Source: Chrysochromulina tobinii (lineage: Eukaryota). Taken from it: a stretch of DNA of 64,000 nucleotides. A program made the position numbers and the translations under genes. The notes below the pieces were generated by a model. That model saw only the letters and a list, made by a program, of their open reading frames with translations, had not been told where the DNA came from and did not search any database. Of this stretch, positions 22,694 to 32,514 are shown piece by piece. The stretch covers positions 1-64,000 of the forward strand of contig JWZX01003401.1 of NCBI GenBank assembly GCA_001275005.1. Reading direction: 5' to 3'. Within the stretch, counting starts at the first letter, position 1. Every line of letters starts with the position of its first letter.

Positions 22694-24700
22694 AGTGGCG
22701 GCAGGACCAATCCCACCGGGCCCCCGGCCCCTACCGCCCGAGCAGCCATCAGTGACGCAGAGGAGGTCCCGTGGTATTCGCGAGGCCTGCACGAGCTCCA
22801 CGGCCCTCCGCGGGAGAGCCTATTGCTGCCCGACGGCTGCGTGGCGGATGGACGAGCGCGAGTGCTCACCCAAGGTCACCGTACGCCTGTCCATCTCCTT
22901 CTCGTCCATCCGCACACGCAGGCTGTGCTGACCGTCGATGCGCTGCACGTGAGCGTCTATGACCTCTTGCCGGCGGGGGTGTCTCTTGCCGCATGCCCGC
23001 GCGTCTCGGCGCGCTTGCCGCCAGACGAAACGCCGAGCTGCGCCGCCATCGCACAGGCGGGTGACCGTTGGGCCATCGGACTGAGCGGTGGCGCAATCCT
23101 GCTTCTCGAAGAAGCCCCGTCGCGACCACATGGTGCAATCTTCACGCGGCTCGAGCGCCCCCCGGTGGCGAGTGGTCCACCGCCTGGCCCACGGCCGCTC
23201 CCGACGCTACTGACCCACCCGCTCGATCCGCCCACCGCCCTGCTCGCCTCAAGCACGAATCCCGAGTTCTTCCACCCAACAGCCCCTTCACATCCGCTCG
23301 AGCTGGACGACGCGACGTGCCTCGACGAGCGTTCCGGCGAGCTGCCCGCCGCCTCGTCGGAGTTTCGTCAGTGGAGCTCCAGCGTGCCAGCCTCGTCGGA
23401 GTTTCGTCAGGGGAGCTCCAGCGTGCCAGCCTCGTCGTCCGGAGTTTCGTCAGTGGCTTCGTCGTCCGCGTCGGTAGGCGCGCCGACTACATCGACGGCG
23501 GGGGCGACTGCAAGCCGCTCGACAGCCGCTCGGAAGCCGGTGCGCGCTCCCGACCGGAGCGTGGTGACGATCGCTTTCAATGCGGAGGGGACGATGCTCG
23601 CGTACGCATGCATGGACCATGTGGTGGGGTGCCATACGCTACCCCTGACCCACGCGCAACGCACGCGCCGCCACTTGCAGCGGGTGGCGCGTGGCCTCGC
23701 ACCCGATCCAGCACGGACCTCGCGGCTGACCGGGAGGCTCGCCAACGGAGAGCCACCGCTGCCTAATATGGGTGGCGTGGTGCCGGACGGCGCGGTGGAC
23801 GACGCGCGGGACGATGTGATCTGCAGCGCGGCTGTGTACATGCCTCCTCCGTGCCCGACCTCTGGATGGTCGACGGAGCCAACCCCGACCGTCGCACTAC
23901 TTTGGAGTGTCAGCTCCGCTCACGTCTTCGTGCTCAGCCGCGCACGCACCGCTCGCCCGGTGGCCGTGCACGCCAACGGCTCCCTGCGCCCTGTGCACGC
24001 GTCGGCGGTCGGGGCTGCCGAGTGGCCTGCGGACCTCGATGCCGCCATGACGCGTGCTCTCGCGGCATGCGACTCGGGTGCCCTGCTGGCGGCACGCTGG
24101 CACCCGCTGCCGCCGACGCGCGCGCCCTCAAAGCGCGCGTCGCTCGCGCCGCCAGCCGGTATGGCGAGCGAGCCGCGCTACGGCCAACCGCCCATCCGCC
24201 CGAAGTCGATCCGACCGCGCCACCTACCCGAACTGCTGTCACACGCAACGGTCAGCGGCGGTCTCGCAGTGATTGGCGGGCGGCTCGGTGAGCTTTCCGT
24301 GCACTCGGGGCTCAGCTGGCCGCTACGCTCGCACGAGGCGCTCGACACGGCCGGCGACGACGTGCCGAAGGCGTCGTACAACCCTTGGGCATCGGCGTAC
24401 AACCCAAAGTACGACATGGGCTCGTACTCCCCGTATGCAACCGCCGCCCACCTACTCAGAGCGGCCCGTAGCCAGCCAGGCTCTCGCACGCCGTCCCCTT
24501 CGGCCAGCTGTACGCGCGACCGTAGCCCCGGCGCCAGCCCCAAGGAGAGCCGGAGCAGCACTGGCCGCGGCGCCGGCACTGGCAGCACACCACCGCCGCT
24601 CGTCGCGCACGTGGCATGGACGCGGGGGGAGCGCTTCGCGTTGACGGGCGACAATCAACAGCCGTGCCTGTGCGTCTGGGCACGGCGAGAGCATGGTTGA
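20618..24700 (+). CDS. Large low-complexity WD40-repeat protein (EML-like)
   Basis: 1360-aa ORF with WD-like units: AHKGVVSAV..ATVGEDGYLRLW, LTQGH..HLLLVHP, VVTIAFNAEGTMLA..MDH, and terminal VAHVAWT..LTGD..CLCVW. Confidence 0.55.
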
Positions 24701-25332
24701 AAATAAAAACGAATCCAAAACGTCCCAGCAGTACAAGTAGTACTAGAAGTAGTTGTTACCATGAGTTGTTACCCAAGAGCGTATATATCATGTAAAATAC
24801 ATCGATACGCCGAAAGCATCTTACTACGATACGCGCCGCGCCGGCATGCGCCGGCAAGCGCCGGCCGGTTACGCGGGACCGGCGCCCGCGGCGGCAGAAG
24901 CCGCACCGTCCCGCGTCCGCACATGTTGTGGCGAGGGTCAGGACCAACGCAAGCATACACAGCGTGGGCGGTGGTTGAAAAACGTCCATGAAAACGTCCC
25001 AGTTTCCACGGCAGGCGGCAGGCCACGCAACCACGCCGCGCCGCCTCATCTCGTGCGAGCCCCACGGACTTTGACTGACCGTCTAAAGATTTTGGATTTT
25101 TGATAGATGTAGATGACTTGACGAGTCACGATCTGTCACAACCATTGGAATTTCACAATCGATGCACAGTAGTTAGTCTGCCGACTCTGCCTCTAGAAAC
25201 GACGACCGCGACGAAACTGACTTTCTGACTGAGAAACGACGACATGAGACGGTTTCACGCCTCGCAACCTCCTCTCCCCCGGCGTCGGCTCTCTCCTCTC
25301 TTTGGACCCTTCAGTACTTCCTATCTGTCGCC

Positions 25333-28300
25333 ATGGCCAAAGAGCCGCCGGTGATGGTGAACGAAGCGGCGATGGTGAACGAAGCGGCCGAATCAGCTGC
25401 GGAGTCCGCACGGCTGAGCACGGAAATGGCGGCCAAGCTGGACCAGGCGGCGACCAAGCTGCAGGCGGCCCATCGGGGCACCAGCACACGTAAACTTGGC
25501 GCGGCGGCGGCGGCTGGCAGGGCGGCATCGGCTCGCGACGTAACGCTCCGTTTCACGATCACGGTGCCTGCGAAGAAAAAAGCCGGGGACACGATCAAGA
25601 TGGAGCTTGGTGGCAACATCATCAGCGTCACCTGCCCCGAGACACTGCCTCCCAATCGAATTCTGATAGTTGATGGAACTGGCAAGGTCGTCGAAGAGGA
25701 AAAAGCCGACCAGCGTTTCACGATCACGGTGCCTGCGAAGAAAAAAGCCGGGGACACGATCAAGATGGAGCTTGGTGGTAACATCATCAACGTCACCTGC
25801 CCCGAGACACTGCCTCCCAATCGAATTCTGATAGTTGATGGAACTGGCAAGGTCGTCGAAGGTGAAGTCAGCACGTCAGCACGGGCTAATGCTCGTGAGA
25901 AGATCCGCAACTTGTCGCTCCAATTGGACTCCATTGTGGAACTTGAGAAACGGCAGCTGGACGCGATGCGTTTGTCGGCGACAGGCAAGAAGAAGAGAAA
26001 GGCCGTAGGAGACGTTGAGAATGACTCCACGGCGCGGCAGCCCAGCGCCGAAGAGCCCGAGATCCACAGCCAGGCCGACCTGGACAAGTGGAGAGTATGG
26101 GCGAAGACGGAGGCCAAGCTACAGGCGACACTCCTGCACCCGACGCGGGAGCAGTACAAGGACCCGAAGATGCGCAAGAAGCAGGGAAGAAAGGGCTCCA
26201 CCTTTGTGTCCGTCGTCGCCGCTCAGGCGGAGGAGCAGCCGCCGAGCGCCGAGCTTGAGACGACGCCGCTGCCGCTCAACTGCTCGCACGATGAGCTGAT
26301 GAACAACCTCGGCATCGGCATTCGTCTTTACTTCGACTTTTTGCTCTTCGTGACGTGCGTGGCGTTCTGTGGCATCCTCGTGTCCCTCCCGTCGCTGATC
26401 GCGTCGCTCAACTACCTGAATGCGGGCGCAGGTGGCCGGGACTACGACCAGGACGAGACGCGCTTCGACGTGAGCGCCATGAACTTTCCCCAAGTCCTCT
26501 CCATCTTCTCGCTCGGTGCGCGCGTCTCCTTCATCAACCCGACGACCAACGTGATGATCTTCGGGTGCAACGACGACTTCTGCAAGACCCTCAACTGGAT
26601 TCAGGCGCTCCTCGACTCCATCTTCTGCATCTTCTTCTTCTTTGCCACGAACAAGTTCATTGCCTACGCGCGGGCGATGGCTGACCACGACGACGCGATG
26701 AACCTGCGTGTCAACGACTACTCCATTTGGCTTCATGGGCTGTACGGCGTTCACAAGTATCGGCCCATGGAGACCTACACGCCGGCGATGCTCGGAGAGT
26801 ATATCGAGGGCGCGTTGACAGAGTACGCCAAGAGGTTGAGCCAGTCCTCGAACGAGCGGCTCGCCAAGAAGTGGAAGGAGTTCGAGCTGGGCGAGTCGTG
26901 GCGCGTGTGGGACGTGACGCTGATCGCGCACGACCGCGGCCTGCTTCGTGATCTGGTGCGCAACGTGCCCATCGAGCAGAAAGTGTTCGCGCTGAAGGCC
27001 CAGGCGCATCGGCGCCAGATGCTCGGCGAGAAGCCCGGTTGTTTCGAGAAGACCTCGGTCGACCTGGCCATCCAGCGGCGCGACAAGATGCGCGACCGGG
27101 TGGACAATAAGTCGACAAAGCCTCTCGAGCCTGTGGGGGCCTTTGTGACCTTCGAAGACGAGCGCGCGGTCCACGCAGCTCTGGAGCTGTGGGGATCAAT
27201 CCCGTTCTCTGAGGGCTGCTGCCGCGGCCCGCCCGAGTTCGCGCGCGTTCCTGTGCTCGACGCGACGGGAGAAAAGGTCGTGGCGCGCAAGCGGCTGCGT
27301 GCCAGAAAGGCGCCCATGCCGGGAGACGTCATTTACGAAGACATGGCCACGCACTACGACTACTCGACCAAGGTGCGCCGCTGCATCGCGTGGTGCGTCC
27401 TCGTCTGTGTGATCATCGTGAGCCTCGCCATCTCGATCACCGCCTTCACACTCTCGAGTGTTGGCGCATCCCTGTCGGTGATCGTCGAGCAAGAACTCCA
27501 GCGTGGGACTGCCCAATTCTCGAATGCGACCGCCCAAACCATCAAGCTCACCTGTACCGCGGACAAGAAGGCGTTGATTGGGAATGTGACCGACTACCTC
27601 GCCTTCTTCACTGCCGTGTACGAAGAGGTTGGCGCGGCCTTTTCGAGCAACAACACCGACGCGACGCTCGCGGCACTCGCGCGGAGCGATAACATCGACG
27701 TGGCACTGGACGTGATGGACTGCTACATTACCACCGCCCTGTCCGTCTTCACGTCCTTCATCACCATCATACTCAACTTGGTCATCACGTCCGTTGTCAG
27801 CAGCCTCGCCGATTTCAGCAATTTCTCTACATACACGGAGGTGAACATGTTCGTGGTCTTGGCGGTTGCGCTCGCGCAGTTCCTCAACACGGCCGTCGTC
27901 ATCTTCATCATCAACTGGTCAACTGGCATCCAGTACCCGTACCCGAGGGACCAGAACCTTTTCGTCCCGCAGGAAAACCACGGATGCTGGGGCTTTGACC
28001 CGATTGCGGACTATGAAGCCCGCTACGCGCTCAACCCCAACGTGAGTGCCGTGAGCCCCCTCCCGAGATTCACTTGCGCTTTCGGCCCGCACGGTATCTT
28101 CCTGCGCGGCAGCTTCTTTACCTTCGATCCAAAGTGGTACGTGCAAGTGGGCTCCTCCATCTGCTTCACGATGTTTCTGATGCCCTTCACGGCGCAAGTT
28201 GGTGCCTTTGTCGCAGCCCTCACTTCCAAAATCACTCGCTGCCTCTACTTCAAATCTGTGGCGTCCCTCGAAGATATGACCGCGCTCTTCGTGGGCCCGG

Positions 28301-29376
28301 AATGCGCACTGACAAAGTCGCTGGGCAAGCTCTACGCCTTCACGGGCGTTGTGCTCGTCTTCTCTTCGCTGATGCCCATCCTCTTCCTCTTCATGCTCGT
28401 CTTCTGCTTCCTCGCCTATTTCGTCGACAAGTGGGCCTTCCTGCGCATCTACCGCACGCCGCCGCCCTTCACGCACACGTACATCTCGGACACCCTGTTT
28501 TGGGTGCAATTCGCGCTCACGCTGAAGCTGCTCTTGGGCTGGTATGCCTTTTGGCAGATGCCTGGCTATACCCTCGCCGAGACGACAGCGGCCCTTCTCC
28601 GCGTTGCCTTCGCGGCGGCGGATGGCCTTGGCCAGGGAGCCCAGGCAAATAATGCTTTCGCGGGGGTGAATGCCACGAACGACAAAATTGGCGACTTTGA
28701 TTTAACGAACACGCTCGCGGCCGGCTGGTTCGACACGTCGCCAAAGGCCCTCTTCGCCGCGGGCTTCCTGCTCATGGGCGCGCTCATCGTCCTGCAGTTC
28801 CTGCTCGACAATCTGCCGAGCCATTGGCTCAAGTGCAAGGCCGATCCCCACGAGTGGCACCCGGCCCTCCCGCCGTTTTCGGCCGTGCTCAAGGGCTCGG
28901 TTCCCTACTCAGAGGTGCGCACCAAGGGGGAGGGCGTTCACGAGAAACTCTTCCTGCGCGGCGACGTGTACGAATCGACCGAGAATCACTGCTTCAAGCT
29001 CCTTGAGAGCGACTCGTTCTGCTACGTCTTCATGACGCCCGCGCGATTCGCGCGCCTCGCCGCGCGCTCGCCGATCGCGCTGCTGCTCTACGCGTTTGGC
29101 ATCAAAACGTGGCGCCCCCGGCTCACGCCCCAAGAGTTCGAGGCGCTCAAGCCGCAGGAGGTGACGATCACGGGCAAGCTCAATATGTCATATGCGCCCA
29201 TCTTCAACCCGCGCTATGAGCTTGCCTTCAAGTACGCCGAGGCCGATGCGAAGCTCGAGAAGAAGGCCGAGAAAAACAACGCGTCCGAGCTCGCGAATAG
29301 GGCGGGGGCTATTCTGAGCACGATCACGGCAGGTGCGGCCGCGGTGTCCATGGCCGTATCATCGACTGCGGAATAA
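25333..29376 (+). CDS. OSCA/TMEM63 (CSC1)/TMC-like multi-pass channel with N-terminal IQ motif and a duplicated domain
   Basis: GIGIRLYFDFL, DYSIWLHGL, AFVTFED, APMPGDVIYEDM, WYVQVGSSI, FSSLMPIL and YFVDKWAFLRIYRTPP. IQ motif AATKLQAAHRG..TRK. Confidence 0.75.
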   Translation: MAKEPPVMVNEAAMVNEAAESAAESARLSTEMAAKLDQAATKLQAAHRGTSTRKLGAAAAAGRAASARDVTLRFTITVPAKKKAGDTIKMELGGNIISVTCPETLPPNRILIVDGTGKVVEEEKADQRFTITVPAKKKAGDTIKMELGGNIINVTCPETLPPNRILIVDGTGKVVEGEVSTSARANAREKIRNLSLQLDSIVELEKRQLDAMRLSATGKKKRKAVGDVENDSTARQPSAEEPEIHSQADLDKWRVWAKTEAKLQATLLHPTREQYKDPKMRKKQGRKGSTFVSVVAAQAEEQPPSAELETTPLPLNCSHDELMNNLGIGIRLYFDFLLFVTCVAFCGILVSLPSLIASLNYLNAGAGGRDYDQDETRFDVSAMNFPQVLSIFSLGARVSFINPTTNVMIFGCNDDFCKTLNWIQALLDSIFCIFFFFATNKFIAYARAMADHDDAMNLRVNDYSIWLHGLYGVHKYRPMETYTPAMLGEYIEGALTEYAKRLSQSSNERLAKKWKEFELGESWRVWDVTLIAHDRGLLRDLVRNVPIEQKVFALKAQAHRRQMLGEKPGCFEKTSVDLAIQRRDKMRDRVDNKSTKPLEPVGAFVTFEDERAVHAALELWGSIPFSEGCCRGPPEFARVPVLDATGEKVVARKRLRARKAPMPGDVIYEDMATHYDYSTKVRRCIAWCVLVCVIIVSLAISITAFTLSSVGASLSVIVEQELQRGTAQFSNATAQTIKLTCTADKKALIGNVTDYLAFFTAVYEEVGAAFSSNNTDATLAALARSDNIDVALDVMDCYITTALSVFTSFITIILNLVITSVVSSLADFSNFSTYTEVNMFVVLAVALAQFLNTAVVIFIINWSTGIQYPYPRDQNLFVPQENHGCWGFDPIADYEARYALNPNVSAVSPLPRFTCAFGPHGIFLRGSFFTFDPKWYVQVGSSICFTMFLMPFTAQVGAFVAALTSKITRCLYFKSVASLEDMTALFVGPECALTKSLGKLYAFTGVVLVFSSLMPILFLFMLVFCFLAYFVDKWAFLRIYRTPPPFTHTYISDTLFWVQFALTLKLLLGWYAFWQMPGYTLAETTAALLRVAFAAADGLGQGAQANNAFAGVNATNDKIGDFDLTNTLAAGWFDTSPKALFAAGFLLMGALIVLQFLLDNLPSHWLKCKADPHEWHPALPPFSAVLKGSVPYSEVRTKGEGVHEKLFLRGDVYESTENHCFKLLESDSFCYVFMTPARFARLAARSPIALLLYAFGIKTWRPRLTPQEFEALKPQEVTITGKLNMSYAPIFNPRYELAFKYAEADAKLEKKAEKNNASELANRAGAILSTITAGAAAVSMAVSSTAE
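25549..25861 (+). repeat. Near-perfect 148-nt coding duplication (period 165 nt)
   Basis: RFTITVPAKKKAGDTIKMELGGNII(S/N)VTCPETLPPNRILIVDGTGKVVE occurs twice; only two nucleotide differences seen. Confidence 0.95.
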
Positions 29377-30025
29377 CATCCCCAGGTGATGTGGCAAAAG
29401 CATTCGATTGAGGTGCCGAGACAATCGTCGGCGTAAAACGTGAGAGTAGTGGCGAGCACTCTGCCTGCGGCGGCGGGTGCGTAAGAAGCCGTCGGGACAC
29501 TAGCGCTGCTCGGCGCCACTGGCCGCAGGTCCAGGGTGGGGAAACGGCGAGGGGAAATGGGACGGTGGCCGCGCAGGCGGGGTGCAGACGAGCGGAGTGT
29601 ATGCTGTGCAGTGCTGTGGCTTTGCTGGGCTCGGATGGACTGCCGGAGGTACTGCTTACCTCAGATAAGTCAAGTCAAGACAAGTCAATATACGGCGGGT
29701 ACGGCAGCACCGCATCCATACCATATCTCTGTAGTCCGGTCTAAGTTTGGGGTGAACGTTGAGCTCGGCTGTGTTCGATTCGCGTCGGGTTTATGTTTCG
29801 AGTACTGTACCGCCCGTTGTCATGCTTGTATGCCGAGTCATGCCATATTAGGATCCCGGGCTGTGCCCCGTGTGAGGTGTGACGGAAGCCACGGGGTCGA
29901 TAGACGAGATCGGCGGATACGGGATTACAAGAATGAAAAGTAGCTACCGAGGTACCGTACCGCTCAGCCATGTGGATGTGACCTCTTGCTCTTCAGAAAA
30001 GGCGTGCAGGGCACTCAGCATTTCT

Positions 30026-32086
30026 TCACCCGGCCACGCGCCTCGTGGCAGAAGCCGGCACGACCCGTTGCCTCGAACTTGAAGATAGCCTCGAGCTTGG
30101 GCGTGGCGCCTCACGGCTCGAGACAGCGCCCGAGACAGCGCCCCGTAACATGTCCTCATCTGCGACTCGCAGTATAGGCACCGACCTTGATTCGTCTTGA
30201 AGCTTGCCCTTGCCACCAGGCTGCCCTTGGGCGTGCGTGAGCTTACCCTTGACGGCGATGCGCACTACATCTCCTTTGACGGCGTTGCGCACCACTTCCT
30301 GAGTGATGACTCGTTCCTTTGCCTGCGCTTTCACCTTCCGGTTGCGCTCCTCCTTGCCGGCTTTAAAACGCTTGGTGGCGTCGCCTATGGGACCGACGCC
30401 AAGCTTGAGCCATCGAGCAAAAGTCACTGCCATGTCCAGGTCCGGTTGCGAGGTGCCCTTCCCAGCCGTGTGCAGCTTCTCGAAGGCTGCTTCTCGAAGG
30501 AGCGCGACGAATGAGGGCACCTGAGAAGGAGGCTCGCGAGCATCGGGCTGCACGGCGATGATGATTGTGTCGATGATGGCCCTCTTCGCTTCGTCTTCGC
30601 TTTGGTGGATGAGCGTGCTGAGCAGAGAGGCCGCGCCGATCGCTGCCTTGGATGCAATCTGCGGGTTGCTACCGGTTACCAGGCGCACGAGGGCAGCTAT
30701 CGGTCCGTCGATGCCCGCCATCGCATGACGCACCACGTCGGAGGAGTGCGACAAGTTCCAAAAGGTCCTTACCGCGTTGCTGACGGCCTCTGCGCGCTTC
30801 ATCGTTCCCGTCGCGTGCCCCGCTTGACCCATGGTCGCTTTGCTGTCTTCGCTGCTCAAGAACACCGCGCTGCTCGCCGTGGCCGAAGCAGCGCTGCTCG
30901 CCGCCTGTGCAGTATTGGCCGAAGCACTAGCGACCATGGCCGCGGCGGCAGCAGCCCTGATCATCTGGTGACCCGCTGCCGCGGTTAGATCGAGTGCGAG
31001 CTCCATGGCTTCATCCGCCAGGGCAACACTCGATGCCGCGGCGCGCACAGCTGCGGTGTTCGCCGCGGACGATGCATTCTTCGTAGCTTTTGCTGCATGC
31101 CTCATCGCGATCACCGCAGACTCCGCGGCTCGTGCCGCCTTGGTGGCTGACACAGAGCTGCCGGCCGCCACATACGCTGCGGCTGCCGACGCCCTCGCCG
31201 CTTCTGTGGCAGCCATCGCCGACGCGGCAGACGCAGTCTTTGCCGAGGTCTCCGTGTCAGTTTGCGTCGCAACACAAAGGGAGCTTCGTGCAAAGCTGTC
31301 CGTCCGCAGCAGCAGCCGCAGCGGATGCCGTACAGGTAACCGTGCAGGTGCCATTTCGGGCTCTCGCTCGACCTCCGCTGGACTCGACCTCGAGGGTACA
31401 GCCGCTGCTCGGGGGGACAGCGCCCGACCTGATGCTGGCGGAGGAGCGGCAGCACTGCTTGAAGGCTCCATGGACCGAGAATGAGAGAGCTCCATAGTCT
31501 CATGAGAAAGTTCATGAGAAAGTTCCCAAGGTGACGCCGCTGCAGCATCCGCCGCAGCGGCGGGGGCGACTATCGCATCGAGAGCGGAGGCGGAGTCGTT
31601 GGCGGCGTCACAGGTGGATGTGGGCGGACGCGCAGCATCAGGCGGCGTGGCTGGCGGCGAGATTGGCGGCGTGGCTGGCGGTGTGGCACGTGCATTACTT
31701 TCCGAAATCACCAAGCCAGACAGCAGTGGAAGTGCCTGAGACTGAATGAGAGCAATACAGGCACGCTCATTGCGAGTCATGGCGGCAATCGCATACGTCG
31801 CCTCAAGACCGCCTGCCTCCAAATTCTCCACAAGCACCTCAAGAGCACCAGCTTCCAAGAGTAGCTGACAGCTTGCCTCGTCGCTCTCCGCAATCTGGCC
31901 CAGAGCCATCGCGGCGCCGTTACGAACCAGTGCCGAAGTTGATGACAGCATGGGCACGAGTGGGCCAACCAGGTCCGTAAAGTTGAGCGTTGGCTGTTCA
32001 TGCGCGAGGGCCTGAACAACCCTGGCAAAGCTGCACAAAGCGCTCGTGCAGGCGCTATCCGTGGATGAGCGCTGCGACGGCAGCAT
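30026..32086 (-). CDS. Armadillo-repeat protein
   Basis: LVPMLSS..VRNGAAMALGQIA..EAGALEVLVENL, ALPLLSGLV, and AVRTFWNLS..GPIAALVRLV. Ala-rich linker. Start uncertain. Confidence 0.7.
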   Translation of the reverse strand: MLPSQRSSTDSACTSALCSFARVVQALAHEQPTLNFTDLVGPLVPMLSSTSALVRNGAAMALGQIAESDEASCQLLLEAGALEVLVENLEAGGLEATYAIAAMTRNERACIALIQSQALPLLSGLVISESNARATPPATPPISPPATPPDAARPPTSTCDAANDSASALDAIVAPAAAADAAAASPWELSHELSHETMELSHSRSMEPSSSAAAPPPASGRALSPRAAAVPSRSSPAEVEREPEMAPARLPVRHPLRLLLRTDSFARSSLCVATQTDTETSAKTASAASAMAATEAARASAAAAYVAAGSSVSATKAARAAESAVIAMRHAAKATKNASSAANTAAVRAAASSVALADEAMELALDLTAAAGHQMIRAAAAAAMVASASANTAQAASSAASATASSAVFLSSEDSKATMGQAGHATGTMKRAEAVSNAVRTFWNLSHSSDVVRHAMAGIDGPIAALVRLVTGSNPQIASKAAIGAASLLSTLIHQSEDEAKRAIIDTIIIAVQPDAREPPSQVPSFVALLREAAFEKLHTAGKGTSQPDLDMAVTFARWLKLGVGPIGDATKRFKAGKEERNRKVKAQAKERVITQEVVRNAVKGDVVRIAVKGKLTHAQGQPGGKGKLQDESRSVPILRVADEDMLRGAVSGAVSSREAPRPSSRLSSSSRQRVVPASATRRVAG

Positions 32087-32514
32087 GTCCTTCGCCAAAG
32101 CTTTCCTTTGGCGCTCGTGCAGGCGCTCCGTGTCCGTCAGGGGCGAGGGTAAAGCTCCTCCAGTTTGACGTTCAAGAGAAACCCAAAATGCCGTGCATGC
32201 ATGTTGAGCCCGGACAAACTTTCCCAAATCAAGGAACAGTCTTTGCCTGTGAAGAATTCGTTGCGATCGTGCCCACTCAGAACCAATTGCTCTGAACAGT
32301 TGACTTGACTCGACTTCGCGCCGTTTGCGTTACACATCGCGAACATTAAATGTAGAATGAAGCTGTTTGTGTGAACGTGTACGTGGTGGTGTGTGAACGT
32401 TAACACGACAGACGCGACAACCGGTGCTGCGGCACTGTTACTGCCCGCTCGTGTGCTGTGTCTCAAGAAGGTGTAGGCTACCATTAACAGCCAGTTCACA
32501 CAGCAGAAGGCAAA

